Part shown: piece after piece, positions 62,973 to 64,000 of the stretch | Position numbering within the stretch: the first letter of the stretch is position 1 | Layout of the letters: each line of letters begins with the position of its first letter | From: Carcharhinus longimanus | Lineage: Eukaryota | Direction: 5' to 3' | Assembly (NCBI GenBank): GCA_030264375.1 | Contig: JASCQW010000001.1 | Span: forward strand, 104,750,475-104,814,474 | Length of the DNA: 64,000 nucleotides | The notes under the pieces: generated by a model | The model's input: only the letters and a program-made list of their open reading frames with translations | Databases searched by the model: none | What the model was told of the DNA's origin: nothing | Translations under genes and position numbers: made by a program

Positions 62973-63258
62973 GTCATAAACAAATCAATCATTCTGATTT
63001 CCTTTCAAAACTGCAAGGCAATCAAAGGAAATGTTAACATCACAGTAAATAGGAGTACACAGAGGGGTTTCTAATCCCTCAGGCTAAGCTGGAATCAAAT
63101 CCTGATGCCAATAGTGTGCATTGATCCTCTATGCCACCCAGGTATTTGAGATTTAGTAATATCTCTCTACCTTAGTAGAACCTAACAAATTTATTTAGGT
63201 CCTACCACATTATCATTTTAGTCTTTTTGAAAGGGTACTTGTGTAATATTCCCACTTT

Positions 63259-63965
63259 GGCTGGGATTTTGACTGGGCCAACAATGGGGGCCTTTGGCGA
63301 GATTCACAACTGGTGTCCGGCTCGTCGTGAGTCTCCAAGGCCCTTTATATTTTAGCGCCATCAGCGCTGGAAATCAGCGTGGAGCTGATCATCACATGGA
63401 AATTGACATTTCCACTCCCATCCCAGATCCACTAATCATGTAGAAATTGATGTTTCCACTACCATTCCAAACCCACTGATCATTCAGAAATTGACATTTC
63501 CGTATGATTACTGGGCTCGGAATCGTAGCTTCCAGGCTCACTGGCATCTCCCCCAGCCTGACACCCAGGCATTGCCCACATGGTACCAGGCAGTGCCAAG
63601 GGGGCAGAGCCAGAGGGGTGGACCATAATGGGGGTGGGGACTATTGGGGGTGATTGGTGATAGTTGGTGACCCACTGCCGCTCTGCAAGTGGGATCGGTG
63701 GGGGAGGGAGCGAGGGGGCAATCAGAGCAGGTCACTGGGGGTGTGGGGTTAGGGCTGTTCATCGGGTGGGTAAATTGGGGCTTGTGGGGGATTGCCACTG
63801 ATTTCTGCCAATATCCCCTGACAGCTTGGGAAGCTGAAAAGTGCCAAAAACCGGAACCCTTTTTTTGCTCTTTCCAGCATTGGGGTGTCAACGCAAATTA
63901 TGGAGCTGCACCACTTCTGTGGCTTGGTTTATGTAATCTCAGGATGGAACAGGAATTTCTTGGTC
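63259..63965. mobile_element. Non-autonomous Harbinger-like element with an internal tandem of about 44 bp
   Basis: ggctgggatttt start; gaaattgacatttccact unit about 2.5x at 63398-63501; ggcagtgcc motif. Confidence 0.55.
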
Positions 63966-64000
63966 TGTGAGGATTAATGCCATAGTATAGGTGTTACACC

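Overview
Vertebrate genomic DNA, almost certainly a shark or other elasmobranch, inferred from HE1/V-SINE-type tRNA SINEs and their HER1/CR1 partner LINEs. The window reads as repeat-rich intronic or intergenic sequence from a gapped assembly (15 N-runs). It holds decayed CR1, L2, Rex1/Babar, RTE and Tx1 LINE fragments, two tRNA-SINE families, three Gypsy pol/gag remnants and a solo LTR with a perfect 5-bp TSD. It also holds Penelope-like palindromes with hammerhead cores and many PIF/Harbinger derivatives (transposase and Myb/SANT pseudogenes, MITEs with 3-bp TSDs). I recognise no intact host gene; a few exon-like segments and enhancer-like unique blocks are flagged at low confidence. I found no well-supported new biological system. 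The best leads are a 21-bp E-box+RUNX minisatellite inside a Harbinger Myb gene, a Harbinger element that may carry captured DNA, hammerhead-bearing Penelope-like repeats and a tail-swapped SINE. Family names come from motif recognition by eye, not database searches, and repeat boundaries are approximate unless a TSD is given.
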